Assembly: GCF_001194135.2 (NCBI RefSeq)
Contig: NC_068987.1
Coordinates: 94,871,298-94,922,766, forward strand
DNA length: 51,469 nt
Direction of reading: 5' to 3'
From: Octopus bimaculoides
Taxonomy: Eukaryota
Shown here in pieces: positions 1-11,805 of this stretch (positions are counted from its first letter, which is position 1; each line of letters begins with the position of its first letter). The notes beneath the pieces are model-generated. The model ran no database searches, was not told where the DNA came from, and saw nothing but the letters and a program-made list of their open reading frames with translations. The position numbers and the translations under genes are program-made.

Positions 1-37
<37 letters not shown>

Positions 38-66
38 GTGTGTATATGTATGTGTATATGTATGTA
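1..66. repeat. (TA)n/(TATG)n microsatellite
   Basis: Direct reading. Confidence 0.95.
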
Positions 67-2715
67 TGATTTTGGTAGAAGTTGTAGTTAAAACTTTATT
101 CAGTTATTTTCTTTCACCCGATTATGAAGTGACCCAATCCCCACCCAAAACATTGCCCCACCCCACCTCTGGGATGTGCACCACAACTTGGGAAATTTTT
201 TGTGTCTCAATGTACATTTTAATAAATGTTTTGAGGTTATGGCATATCATAATGTTTTTGATTAAATACTGTAATTTGATGTTCTGAGCATTTGCTAATT
301 ATTATTTGTTAATTGCATTACAATGTCACCCAGTGTATGAGATTTGTTTTTAACCTGATAAAACCCTAAGGAAATAAAGACAAACCTTTTATCTTTCTAC
401 ATACACACACATACACACAACATACATAACAGGTATGTTGCTATAGGTAATTAACTACCTAATTAAGAGAGAAGTATTTCACTTTGTCTCTATAGGTAAC
501 ATCCCACAAATTTCATAAGACTAAAATTTTGTGCACTGATTTGCTGCAGTGAATTTGTTACAAAGTAACTAATAACAGTTCAAGTTAGATGTGTGTGTGT
601 GTTTTCAGATTAATCCTGTTATGTTTATGAATGAAAAATACATTTACAAAAGACGATGTTATATCAACATCATATTTTACATCCAGTATGTCTGGTGTGT
701 ATGTGATTGTGTTCAAATTTAGATTCCACTACAGCCACACTAAGCAGTAGGACTTGTACTGTCCACACCTTGATTACTTGTTTCATGGCTTTATAGGTGT
801 GGGAATAAGAAGTCTGTTACTTGAAAGCAGGCAAGGGCTAGTTAGGGGAAAGATTTCTAGGTGTAAAAAAAATCCCTTGGTTATATTTTTGTTTAACCCA
901 TGCAAGCTTGAAAAACATAAAACATAAATCACACACACACACTCATATAAACAAGTGAGTTTGTATATGTCAAATGTAAATATACCAATGTGTGTGTGTG
1001 TGTGTGTGTGTGTACCGTGAACATGGGTCAACAGAAATATTAACAATCATCAACTTTATTTTCCCAGTTTTCTATTTTTCTGTTCTTTAATTGGGACACC
1101 TGGTTTTTATGTGCATTTTTNNNNNNNNNNNNNNNNNNNNNNNNNNNNGGGGGTATATTGTTTTTTATTTATTCTTGAACATCCATCTATTTATAATTCT
1201 TTACATTTCTTTGATTTTTATTCTTTATTTCCTTTGATTTTGATACCAACTGCAACAAGTGTTATTCAACAATGATGAGTCTGTCAACAACACACACACA
1301 CACACACATTTATTGACTCTTTTGTTTGTTCTTGTTTATTAGCAAAAATATTTTACCTGAATTCTTTTTGGTTTGTTATTTATTGTTGTTATTGTTGTTA
1401 TGATCACTTTGCTTGTTTAACCCACAATTAGCATTTCATTTCTTTTCCAATTGAAAGGGAAACTTCACAAGTTAAAAGAAATAAGAGAAATCGCCCCTAA
1501 AAGTGCCAACAACATAATAAAATGACTTCCCAAACACCTTCCCAGTTTTTTGTTCCTTCTACCATGAAAACATTGGAACGTTTTTAAGTGCAATTAAAGC
1601 AAACAGATGTTAAAAACTAAGGAAACCCAGTTTAGGGATATGTGCATGTGTGCGTGTGTGTGTATGTGTGTGTAGGTAGTTGATCTTTAATTAAACCTTT
1701 TTCCTTAGCAAAACCCTTAATTTCTATTGATTTCCTGTGCACTTCCACATAAACTTTTAGCAAATTTATATGGTTATTGATATTATTATTGTTATTAATC
1801 ATCATCATCATCATCATCATTACTATTGTTGTTGTTGTTATTAAACATTCTTTTGCATCATGATCTCAAGCTAGGGAACAGATAAATAATCAACAAATAC
1901 ATCCCTTACACAAACATTCTAATATTTCTGGATTGACATAATTGCCCTTTTGATGGAGACATTTTTCATGTCTCGGTTAGATGGAATGCTGGGGATTTAC
2001 CTTTGAAAATGAAATGTTTTTTACCCATTTTGTAGGATTTTTTCTCTGTTTTCTTGTTTTGTTTTGTAAATAAGCTATAAGGGAAAGAACAAAAAAAAAA
2101 AAACAAATTCCTTGCTTGCTTTAAGCTCCTCTCTCTCTTTTAAGCTAACTCTAACTGCCTGAGCAAATGCATTCTTCTAAGATGATTAGATCCAGGTATA
2201 CACAAAATTATGTGTCTAGGTATGCATTATCCATTTGCTTGGCTCTGTCTGCCAGCTCCAAACTTTTCTGATTTTAAATGAAAAATTCTAATGGACATGA
2301 ATTTGCTGAAAATGCTCCCAGGATCTGAAATCTTAAGCTGCATGTCCTTTATGATTCTTTGAAACTTTTCTTTCCTAATTTTCTTTGTTTAATTTTTTGA
2401 TTTATTGATTGTTTGGTTGATCAAAAAGGTTTTAATATGTTCATAATAAGCAATACAATAGATCACATATATATATATATATATGTGATGCATGTAAATA
2501 ATATATCTATATACGTTTATGTCTATATGTATATTATATATATATATATATATGTTATGTGTATATCAGATATACATAATATGGATATTATAACATATGT
2601 GTGTATATATATATGACATAATGCATATATATGTATGTATATGATATATACATATGACACAATACATATATATATGATATATATAGCATATGTATGTGAC
2701 TGGGATTTATTATTA

Positions 2716-2750
<35 letters not shown>

Positions 2751-2791
2751 TTGTGAGATAATGATGATTATTATGCAATTTCAGTTCTTAC

Positions 2792-2831
<40 letters not shown>

Positions 2832-2841
2832 NNNNNNNNNN

Positions 2842-2878
<37 letters not shown>

Positions 2879-2989
2879 GCATGAATGTGTGTGTGCATGT
2901 GTGTAAGTTAGTATTTGATTCTATGACTTCTTTTCATTTATATTCTTTCATTGTTTTACTAATAATATGTTATTGTTATAAATCAATAG

Positions 2990-3237
2990 GTGCAGTCCAG
3001 ACTAAAGTCACATACCTCCCAGATGGCGCTGTTGTCATCGTCTTTCCATCGAACCTTACTGTTGCCTTGGAAACCAGAGGTCATCCGATCCTCGAGAGTA
3101 AACACAGGATGCATTTCAAGCGGAAAATGATCATTCCAAATTTGTATGTGCACAGACTGGAGTGGCGCTTCTACCTTGACCGATCCGGTCGTCCAAAACA
3201 GAACCGCTTACTTGAACGGATTGGACGTCGATTGAGG
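2990..3237 (+). CDS. TENM: Teneurin internal exon (first in window), YD-shell region; upstream exons lie outside the window
   Basis: Acceptor TAG ends at 2989 (phase 1) and donor AGG|GTAGGG is at 3237/3238 (phase 0). Translation GAVQTKVTYLPDG...HRLEWRFYLDRSGRPKQNRLLERIGRRLR matches the teneurin EWR...GR(R/K)LR segment. Splicing to 27728 gives RRLR|INGVNLLTVEYNR, the conserved RRLRVNGxNLLxxxYDR motif. Confidence 0.9.
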
Positions 3238-3312
3238 GTAGGGCCATACTTCTCCCGGCATGCCAGCATGCATGGTTCGCATGACGACGGATACAAAGGA
3301 AAAGCATTGCTG
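3238..3312 (+). CDS. TENM: Candidate in-frame exon extension (25 aa, VGPYFSRHASMHGSHDDGYKGKALL) using a downstream 5' splice site
   Basis: 75 nt with no stop codon, CpG-rich like the exon, ending at CTG|GTATGT (phase 0, the same phase as the upstream donor). Confidence 0.55.
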
Positions 3313-3755
3313 GTATGTGAGACTTTGACTTTTTCTTGTTGCTTTTTTTGTTACTTTCCCCAACTAAATCCCTTCTATTCCTTTCCCATGTTGTTGTCTG
3401 GGGATCATTGATGCAAATGTAGTGTGTTTGATTTGGCTGATGAATACATATACAACAGTGGGAACAGCTTTTTTCTAATCAACAAGAAATGATAAAATTA
3501 AGATGAAATATTCTATTAGATTTTGAAGTTTCACTTGTTTCGCGATGGTGTATTCAAAGTGGAACACTTGTAGTATGAGAGGATCTTTAGGTGACCATTT
3601 GAAATACAGGCGTAGTTATAATCCATTTTGTGTTATTTTGTAGGGGTATGTTTCTTATATATTTAATGGTCAGTAGCAAGTCACTGGCATAAAGCAAGAG
3701 ACTTGATATTATTATAAAAAAACAAAAAATGAAAAGTGATAATTTATGAGGTATA

Positions 3756-4030
3756 TGTGGTCTGATCAATAAATATCTGGACTGATGTCATAGTAACAAA
3801 GCTAAAGCACACAGCATAAATTTGCTTAGCACAAATTGACCTTAACCTCTGCTGTGCATGTGCACTAAGTTTTAATGTTCTAGCTCACTTCTGCTGTTAA
3901 CAGCAGTGCTTTGAAGGAACGTGTGTAGCGTGTGATCATTGCATTGACCATCACAGAAAAGGTTGAGCAGAGAATCTGCATCAAATTTTGTCAAGAGCTT
4001 GGCAATACTTGCTCAGAGACCTCCGCAAAG
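3756..4030 (+). mobile_element. Mariner-family DNA transposon 5' end (left terminus, leader, transposase N-terminal HTH start), decayed
   Basis: TA followed by TGTGGTCTGATCAATAAATATCTGGACTG resembles a mariner terminus. The frame reads EKVEQRICIKFCQELGNTCSETSAK, similar to mariner EQRxxIKFC...xxxET. Confidence 0.8.
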
Positions 4031-4366
4031 TTTTCAACAGGTTTTCATTATTCTCGATACAATCAAAGAGATTTTGTGGAACTGAAACCCGAGTGTCTTT
4101 TTGGTCAGCTGAAAGCAGTTTTGGCACAAACTTGGCAGACACACATATCTCATACCCAAATCTTCAGTGAACCATAACTAATCTGCACATGGTGGTTCTA
4201 CAACTGCCCCTCAAAGCTGCACACACATCTGTTTCTCAGTTCTGCTGATTGCAAGTCTCCTAGAACGTTCGTCATTATCAGCGTTTCTTCAGCCATCTTA
4301 GAAACATCTGAACCTCTCGTACACTCGTGTGCAGCTCCTACACACCTCTCCATACACTTTCTGCAA
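4031..4366 (-). mobile_element. Continuation of the same mariner transposase, inverted
   Basis: Minus strand reads LQKVYGEVCRSCTRVYERFRCF*DG*RNADNDERSRRLAISRTEK...QISYGS...TEDLGMR...VSAKFVPKLLSADQKDTRVSV...CIENNENLLK (HTH, DxxRSGRP-like motif and WVPxxL-type linker). Confidence 0.85.
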
Positions 4367-6475
4367 AATTCTTATCACTATGGATTAGCATTAACTGCAT
4401 ATTAATAGGTTTAAAAGTCACAACTTCTTTCTCTCGTGACGAAATATCAAAGTAAATCCTTCAGTTATGCTTTCTGTAGGCTGCAGAGTTCGAAATTTTA
4501 ATTTACAAATAATAAAATCTAGAAAACAACAAGCACTTTCAAAATCTTGGCCGTTACTTGCAATCTTAAAAAACATTCATGCATAAAATTTGAATTTAGT
4601 TTCCTCTTATGTAATACATATTTTGCAAGCTTAAGCATGGTAGTTATTAACAAAACTAATAATTAGCAAGTAGTTTTAATTTTTTTTTGTTAAAAATAAA
4701 ACCTTAAAATATTATGAATGCAGAAGTGCATGTTTCATAGAAGTTGGTAATTAAATTTGTATTGTTTTGTTAAAAGAAGTCAAAACAATAATATTCATTT
4801 GTTTTACGTTGCAAACATTGCTGAGATGAATATGGTAATGAGGCATTGTTTTTACAACCAGATGCCTATGCTGATATTAAACATTACCTCATTTCTGAAT
4901 AAGGGATCTCTTATTCTCCAATAGCTTTCAAGTGAACAGACCAGGTTATTGACAGGAAAGTGCCAACACCACGACCTGAATAAGCAAGCACAGATGTAAA
5001 CAAACACAGTGACACATACACACACACACACACATGTTCATACATATATATATGTGTGGGTGTGTGAGTGTGGGTGTGGGTGTGTGCATAAATTATACTT
5101 TTCTAAATTGATTTCTACTTCCAAGTTTTCCTAACTCTAAGTCTGAAGCTAGTGACCACTCTACCATTGTTGGGTTATTCATTCTACACCAGAAGAGAAC
5201 TTTGCATTTACAGCCATTTGTTTACTATGTTTCTTTAAGAGAATGAAATTTATTTGGCTTTTTTGTGCACTAGATTGATAGGTGATCAGGTGGCTGGTTG
5301 GTTTCTTGAAGTTAATGTTTCAAATTATCAAATAATTAGCCTTAAAAGGCATTGTTTGCTCCTCATTTCTTGAGCTTCCATTTACACAATGGAATCTCTC
5401 TGAAATGGCTGTCCAATATGTCCATTGACATCGCTAGTCATGATGACAGTCATGTTCATTTGTTATTGAGCTAGTCAGCATTAAGGCCTCATTCAGTTGG
5501 TCCTTCAGTTCATCTGCCAGTTCAAATTGTGTAGCATATGCAAAAATGTGACAGTGACATTAATCAAGAATTAGTCGATATTGCATTTGTCCTATCGCAC
5601 ATTCTCACTAGTTCGACCCCCCCCCCTTACTCATTTCCCTGAAAAAAGGATGTGTACTACACCTTCTCCATCACCACTGCCTACCCAGAAGGATTTATAC
5701 CTTTGTTCCATGCCTGTGATGCATCTAGTAAAGCCATCCTTCCATCATACCTCTTGCATACAGTATGCATTAACATGCCACCCTTTTAGCAATTCAACCA
5801 TCTCTCCAGACCTTCCATTGATTGTGGCTATCCTAGGTTTGTACACTTGATAAGAAGAGGGAGCAGCAACAGGAGAGCTGTTTTCTGAACTTTAAAATAG
5901 ATGTGCAAACGTTTGCCCAAACAACCTTCTAGTCTTACACAGATCTAAATACTCAATTATCTCCACTCAGAAACAGTCCAAATATATAACAGGAAACAAT
6001 CTTCAATCACTAAACCGTCATGGTCAAGCACTAGAGAAGAGTGTGTGCATCTAGGCACCTACAAGTCTTTAAAAAAAAAGCACATACATACATACACACA
6101 CGTATGTATGTATGTGTATATGTATGTATGTGTGTATACATGTCACACTTTTACATGCATGTATGATACGTTACTAGAGAAGAACGTTATTAAGGGTGGG
6201 TAGTGAAATGGGGCTTGGAAGACAACTGGCATATTGACATGAAGTTAGCAGTTTCTGTCAATCGCTCTGTTAATTTTATAATTACATTTGACAATTAAAA
6301 TTTGTATTGTGCTGTCATTAAGTTATTGCTAAAATTAGGTTGAAACTGATATCAAAAATAAAACTAAAATATTTCTTGAGATGCTAAAAAACCAAAAACA
6401 TTTAAGCACAGCATTTGTCCCATGTAAAACACATGAGTGTGTGTATGTGTATGTATAATGTGTGTGTGTGATTAC

Positions 6476-6612
6476 GGGCATGGGAGTGTGGTTAAGAAAT
6501 TTATTTCCCAAGTATTTGGTTTTGAATTTAGTTCCATTGTGTGGCACCTTGGGCTAGTGTCTACTACTATAGCTCCAGCCTGACCTTGTGAGTGGATTTG
6601 GTAAGATAGAAA
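6476..6612 (+). mobile_element. tRNA-like SINE 5' part with CORE-like segment, decayed
   Basis: Shares GTGG(C/T)AC(C/T)TTGGG.(A/T)AGT...TATAGC...CCTTGT.A.TGGATTTGGTA.ATAGAAA with the copy at 28241-28667. GGCACCTTGGGCTAGTG resembles the CORE-SINE domain (recalled similarity). Confidence 0.7.
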
Positions 6613-6703
6613 ATCATACCTTGACATGCTTGACTGCACTTAGCTATAGATAAGATATTAAAGTATAGTTATAGCAGTCATGGTTTATTGCTGCCAGAAT
6701 TAA

Positions 6704-6829
6704 ACACAGGTATGGCGTGGGGTTAACATATTCCCTTCACAACTATCTGATTCTGTTTCAATCCCATTGCATAGCACTCATAACAACAGTCTTCACTTGT
6801 AGTCTTGGGTCAACCAATTCTTTGTGAGT
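6704..6829 (+). mobile_element. Second, more decayed copy of the same SINE head
   Basis: Collinear similarity to 6476-6612 (GTGGGGTTAA...TCAATCCCATTGCATAGCAC...TTGGGTCAACCAA...TTTGTGAGT). Confidence 0.5.
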
Positions 6830-7527
6830 ATTACTTTGGAAGGGTTTAAATTGTGCTGAAGTTTGTTAGGGCAGCAGATGTGGATATCTTTTGCCAAAAT
6901 CTAAATCAGTGAAGTTTTTGCTGGCCAAAAGCCTTTCTCTTCAAAAGAAGTCCTTTGCAGGAACAAATTCTTTTACAATGAGTTACAGATACTTCCTTCT
7001 CTCCCTCCCCTGAAATGCAGAGTGAACCAGTGACTAGATAATGCTGCACTTGTGCAATTGTTCACCATTTGCAGTGTTACAAATGCCATGTCATATATTT
7101 GGATGAAACAACTCTATATTTTCCATTTCACTTAGCTATAAAAAAAAAAGATCTTTCAAAAATATTTAATGAGTTAGGCCAAAGCAGACTGATTGTTTAA
7201 CCCAAAGGAAATGCAAACCAATTTTATGGTATTCAATGCATTCTTAGTCTTACATTTTCAATACACAGCTGTAAGAAGACTCAAAATATTTTGCTATGTT
7301 AAGAAAAGAATTATAAATTAAGTAGAAATTTCTTTTAGGAGAAAACATTTTTTTTTTAAATGTTGTAATTACTTTTGTAGTCAGAATACATAATGTGGAT
7401 GTTGTGTTTTGGGGCAGAGTATCTATTCAGTAACTTAACCTTTTGTAAGAATGACAATATTATACAAGTACTACTTTGTAACAATGTCAATACAAGTATT
7501 GAAGCAGTGTTGAGCCTATCACTTTCA

Positions 7528-7531
7528 TTAC

Positions 7532-7570
<39 letters not shown>

Positions 7571-7590
7571 CATTAGTGTGTGTGTGTTTG
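7528..7590. repeat. (ATT)n plus (TG)n compound microsatellite
   Basis: Direct reading. Confidence 0.9.
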
Positions 7591-8224
7591 TGTCAGTGAA
7601 TCCCCTCTCTACCTATCAACAAATTGAAGCCTCACCTCAGAGAAATCCTATTTCTTGCAATGTTTTATCCATTCCAAAAAAAATCATTTGCTTTGCCCAA
7701 AATAGGTTTCTTGCTTTTTATTATTCATACATATTCCCCATTTATCTATTGTCTTATTTCTTTTCAACTTATATGCACCTTGCTAATATTCCCTTTTAAC
7801 ATATTACCTGTTTCCCACCCAAGCATAATGCTCCACCAGCATATTATTATCAACTCCAGGGGCTCCATCTATATGCAAAAAAGAAAAATTCATCTCATTT
7901 TCCCAGCTGAAAAATGTATATTTGCTGCAGAAGAACTCCGCTTTGCTCTTGGATCGTTTATTTTCTTTCTTATTTTATGTGTGTATGTGGGTGGGTGGGT
8001 GTCAAATGTTTCTAGTATTTTATTAACTATAATTGTTATAGGGGTGATTCAAGGTCTAAAGACATTTCAGTCAAGTTAAGAGATTGTCCAAGAGTTTGGT
8101 CACTGCATTGGCACAATCCTGCAAGTTTTTCAGTTCCTCTTGTTTAAATTTCAGTCAAAACACAGTTTTTATGCATTAAGTTCACTTTCTTTCTCTCATT
8201 TGTAAAACAAAAGGAATATAAATG

Positions 8225-8227
<3 letters not shown>

Positions 8228-8312
<85 letters not shown>
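8228..8312. repeat. Long perfect (CA)n microsatellite
   Basis: Direct reading, about 42 units. Confidence 0.97.
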
Positions 8313-8313
<1 letters not shown>

Positions 8314-8865
8314 CACTGTTTTGCTATTCAAAGATATGATTACTGTTGAGATTATTGTTGTAAGGTTAATTAATAGAGTTCATATACACCAAGTCATGCA
8401 TAAATTCATTAATATGTTTACGAAGTCCTTTAATTAACAGCTCGTATATTTAACTTGCCATACAATGTGTTGGTCCAACTGGTTTGACAGAACCTATTCT
8501 TCTTGTATGAATAGGAGTAACTGAATTGCTTGTCAATACAGCTGCTACTCAGAGGAATATATTGCTATCTGTCTGTTGTCCCCTTTAGTAATTTCTGGAT
8601 TAAACTCTTTCAAGTTAACATCTAGATACAGTTCATGGAGAGTCTCAGCATAGAAAAGTGTAAGCACTCTATTTGCTAAGTACTCTATCACATTCATTCA
8701 TGTAGATGATAAAGAAAAAGGAAAATAACACATCGTCCAAGAAACTTGCAGTTTTGAAAATGAATAGAAACTACATAAAGTCTCAGCTTAGATTGGTCTG
8801 ATTCCTTCGGATTACGACTTACAAGAAAAGCCATTAAATGAAACTGAGTAACTTGTATACTTGCT

Positions 8866-8917
<52 letters not shown>

Positions 8918-10091
8918 NNNNNNNNNNNNNNNNNNNNNNNNNNNNNNNNNNNNNNNNNNNNNNNNNNNNNNNNNNNNNNNNNNNNNNNNNNNNNNNNNNN
9001 NNNNNNNNNNNNNNNNNNNNNNNNNNNNNNNNNNNNNNNNNNNNNNNNNNNNNNNNNNNNNNNNNNNNNNNNNNNNNNNNNNNNNNNNNNNNNNNNNNNN
9101 NNNNNNNNNNNNNNNNNNNNNNNNNNNNNNNNNNNNNNNNNNNNNNNNNNNNNNNNNNNNNNNNNNNNNNNNNNNNNNNNNNNNNNNNNNNNNNNNNNNN
9201 NNNNNNNNNNNNNNNNNNNNNNNNNNNNNNNNNNNNNNNNNNNNNNNNNNNNNNNNNNNNNNNNNNNNNNNNNNNNNNNNNNNNNNNNNNNNNNNNNNNN
9301 NNNNNNNNNNNNNNNNNNNNNNNNNNNNNNNNNNNNNNNNNNNNNNNNNNNNNNNNNNNNNNNNNNNNNNNNNNNNNNNNNNNNNNNNNNNNNNNNNNNN
9401 NNNNNNNNNNNNNNNNNNNNAACCTCATCAATTTAACTAAAAAGAAATCATGGAAATACAAATCTGTTTCTGAATTGTCTGGAATTTTGGTGCAATTGAT
9501 GCTGTGGATGCCATTTTTAAATGTTTCTTGCTGAATATTATTGTTGTTGTTGCTGCTGATATTGCTTCTCTCATACATTCTAAAGAAAAAGATTGTCTAA
9601 GACAAAAAAAAAAAAACTGACATAAAATTCTGCATTTCTATAAATTGCCACTTTTTGCAACATTTCTCCTTTTCCATGGGAATCTTCATATCTTTGCTTG
9701 GTGAATAGACGAATGGAGGCTGAAGGTGGAAATGGCCAACGTGCTGGCAGTGATGATGATGGTGTATGGCTCTGCCTAGAGAAATGGGTTTGAGGCTTTC
9801 AATCCTACTTTCTCCCCTTCTCCTTCATGTCCACAATCTTTGCACCATCCGGTTATCTTACCTCCCTGTCACCCTCTATTCTGCTAGAGCAACTTGCATA
9901 CCCACAACATGCATGACTTGACTATATAAGGGCATGCAACAAACTCCGCCTTGTATTTTCTGCTGATTATTACCAAGGAAGCAAGTCAATTGGCTTGCAG
10001 AAATGCGTGTATGTTATACTATTATAAAGCATAAAAAAATACTACTAATCCTTCATTTCTGCATCTTTTATTATTTATATTATGGGTAAGA

Positions 10092-10146
<55 letters not shown>

Positions 10147-10283
10147 CGTGTGTGTGTACACAGAGACATATACATGCACATATTATTCTTAATCAACAGA
10201 AGTTATGAAGTAACTCGTAGGTCAAGAGTTTCATGTATTGGCACTTATCACATGCATAAAACAGCCCTTGAGTNNNNNNNNNN

Positions 10284-10342
<59 letters not shown>

Positions 10343-10383
10343 TTACACGTGTGCATGTATATATATATATATATATATATAAA

Positions 10384-11785
10384 TTTTTTTTTAGTTTCAG
10401 TCCAAGGACTGTGTCCATGCCAGGACACTGCCATTTATTTTGCTCCACTTTCCCTAAATCTCCTTTGATGGATGAGGGAGTTTGACGTTGCTATCCTCAT
10501 CTGTGCTTCTTGCCTTGAGAAAGGGTCAGAAAGAGATCCAGTTTTGTTTTGAAAAGACCTACATCCATGCCATGCAGGCTTCTCAGGTTTTTTTTGAGGA
10601 TATTGAAGGGCTGTGGGCCTTTGAAACCCAAGCTGCTGCAGTATCTGGTCCTGAATCTTAAGGGCAATGTTGGGATCTTTTGTACTATGCAGAGGTGCCC
10701 CATCCTGCCATTTATGTAAGTGACAATGCCAAAGTTTGGTGCAAGTTTTTCTAGGATTTTCCAGATCTATATTACTGCATATTACTGCATATCTTTCCCA
10801 CCTTCGCTCCGGGGAGTAGAGTCTTAACTCTTTCATAACTGGATCGCTTCGAGTTCCATCATTAAATTTACATTTTGGTGACCACAGTTGGGAGCAGTAA
10901 TCCAGACAGCTTAGAATAAAAGTTCTCCAGAGGACCATTATGGTTTCCTTTTCTCTCAGTTTGAAAGTTTGAAGGATCCATCTGGCCCAGCGTCTGCATT
11001 TTTATTACTAAGTGTATCGATGCCCAGGTCATGCACTGGTTTTGATTCAGAGATTGCAATCCCTCCTGGGCCAGTGTATCCTATAAGCTTTTCATCGAGC
11101 TTCATGTGTTGGTAGTGCAGGGCTTGGAATTTTCCAACATTAAACTGTATGTTATTTTCCTCAGCCCACTTGTACATGGCATCCAACTCACATTGTAGAT
11201 GCATGTTATCTCCAGGGTTTTGTATCCTCTGAGTGACTTTTGTATTGTCTGCCTTGCTAGCAAGGGTGGCTACTTGAGTATCTGAGGGCTTGTCAGAGAG
11301 CGCCATTATGAATAGTAACAGCCCCAGGACAGTGCCCCGTGGAGCACCACACATTGTGTTTCCTCAGAGATAACCCCATTGATCACCACTACCTGATTTT
11401 TATCCTTTAGAAAGTCATACAGCCATTTTCCAAGTTTTCCAACTATGCCAAGATCACGCAGCTTGTGACAAATCATACCATGGTCGACTTTGTCAAAGAC
11501 TTTTGCAAAGCCACAGTATATCATGTCCCCATTTGAGTTGTTGAGCAGCTGCTTTAGTAGCCAGTCGTAATGCTACAAGAGTTGTGTCAGGCAGCTTCCA
11601 CCTGATCAGAAAACATGCTGGGTGTCAGTCAGCAAGTCAGTCTTTCCAAGGAATGCCATTAGTTTCCTTTGGACTTTACTGATGTGTGAAGTCAGAGAGA
11701 TAGACCTATGGTTTTAACATCTGTTTTGCTTCTGTTGTTATGAAAGAGGCATATTATTCTTTCCTTTAGATTAACCAGGAGCTAA
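10384..11785 (-). mobile_element. CR1/L2-like LINE, 5'-truncated RT region through the 3' end, pseudogenized
   Basis: Minus-strand frames: LKERIICLFH...SISLTSH; IYCGFAKVFDKVDH (from xDFxKAFDxVxH); GAPRGTVLGLLLF (from GVPQGxVLGPLLF); KADNTKV (from YADDTK); NIQFNVGKF; FILSCLDYCSQLWSP. Ends in GACTGAAAC plus an A-run. Confidence 0.9.
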
Positions 11786-11805
11786 ACCTTAAGGTTATTA
11801 CTTAA

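Noticed and set aside
2635-2989. N-terminal part of the 258-aa ORF
   Set aside because: It is (TA)n/(ATT)n microsatellite and an N-gap read in frame; real coding starts at the acceptor at 2990.
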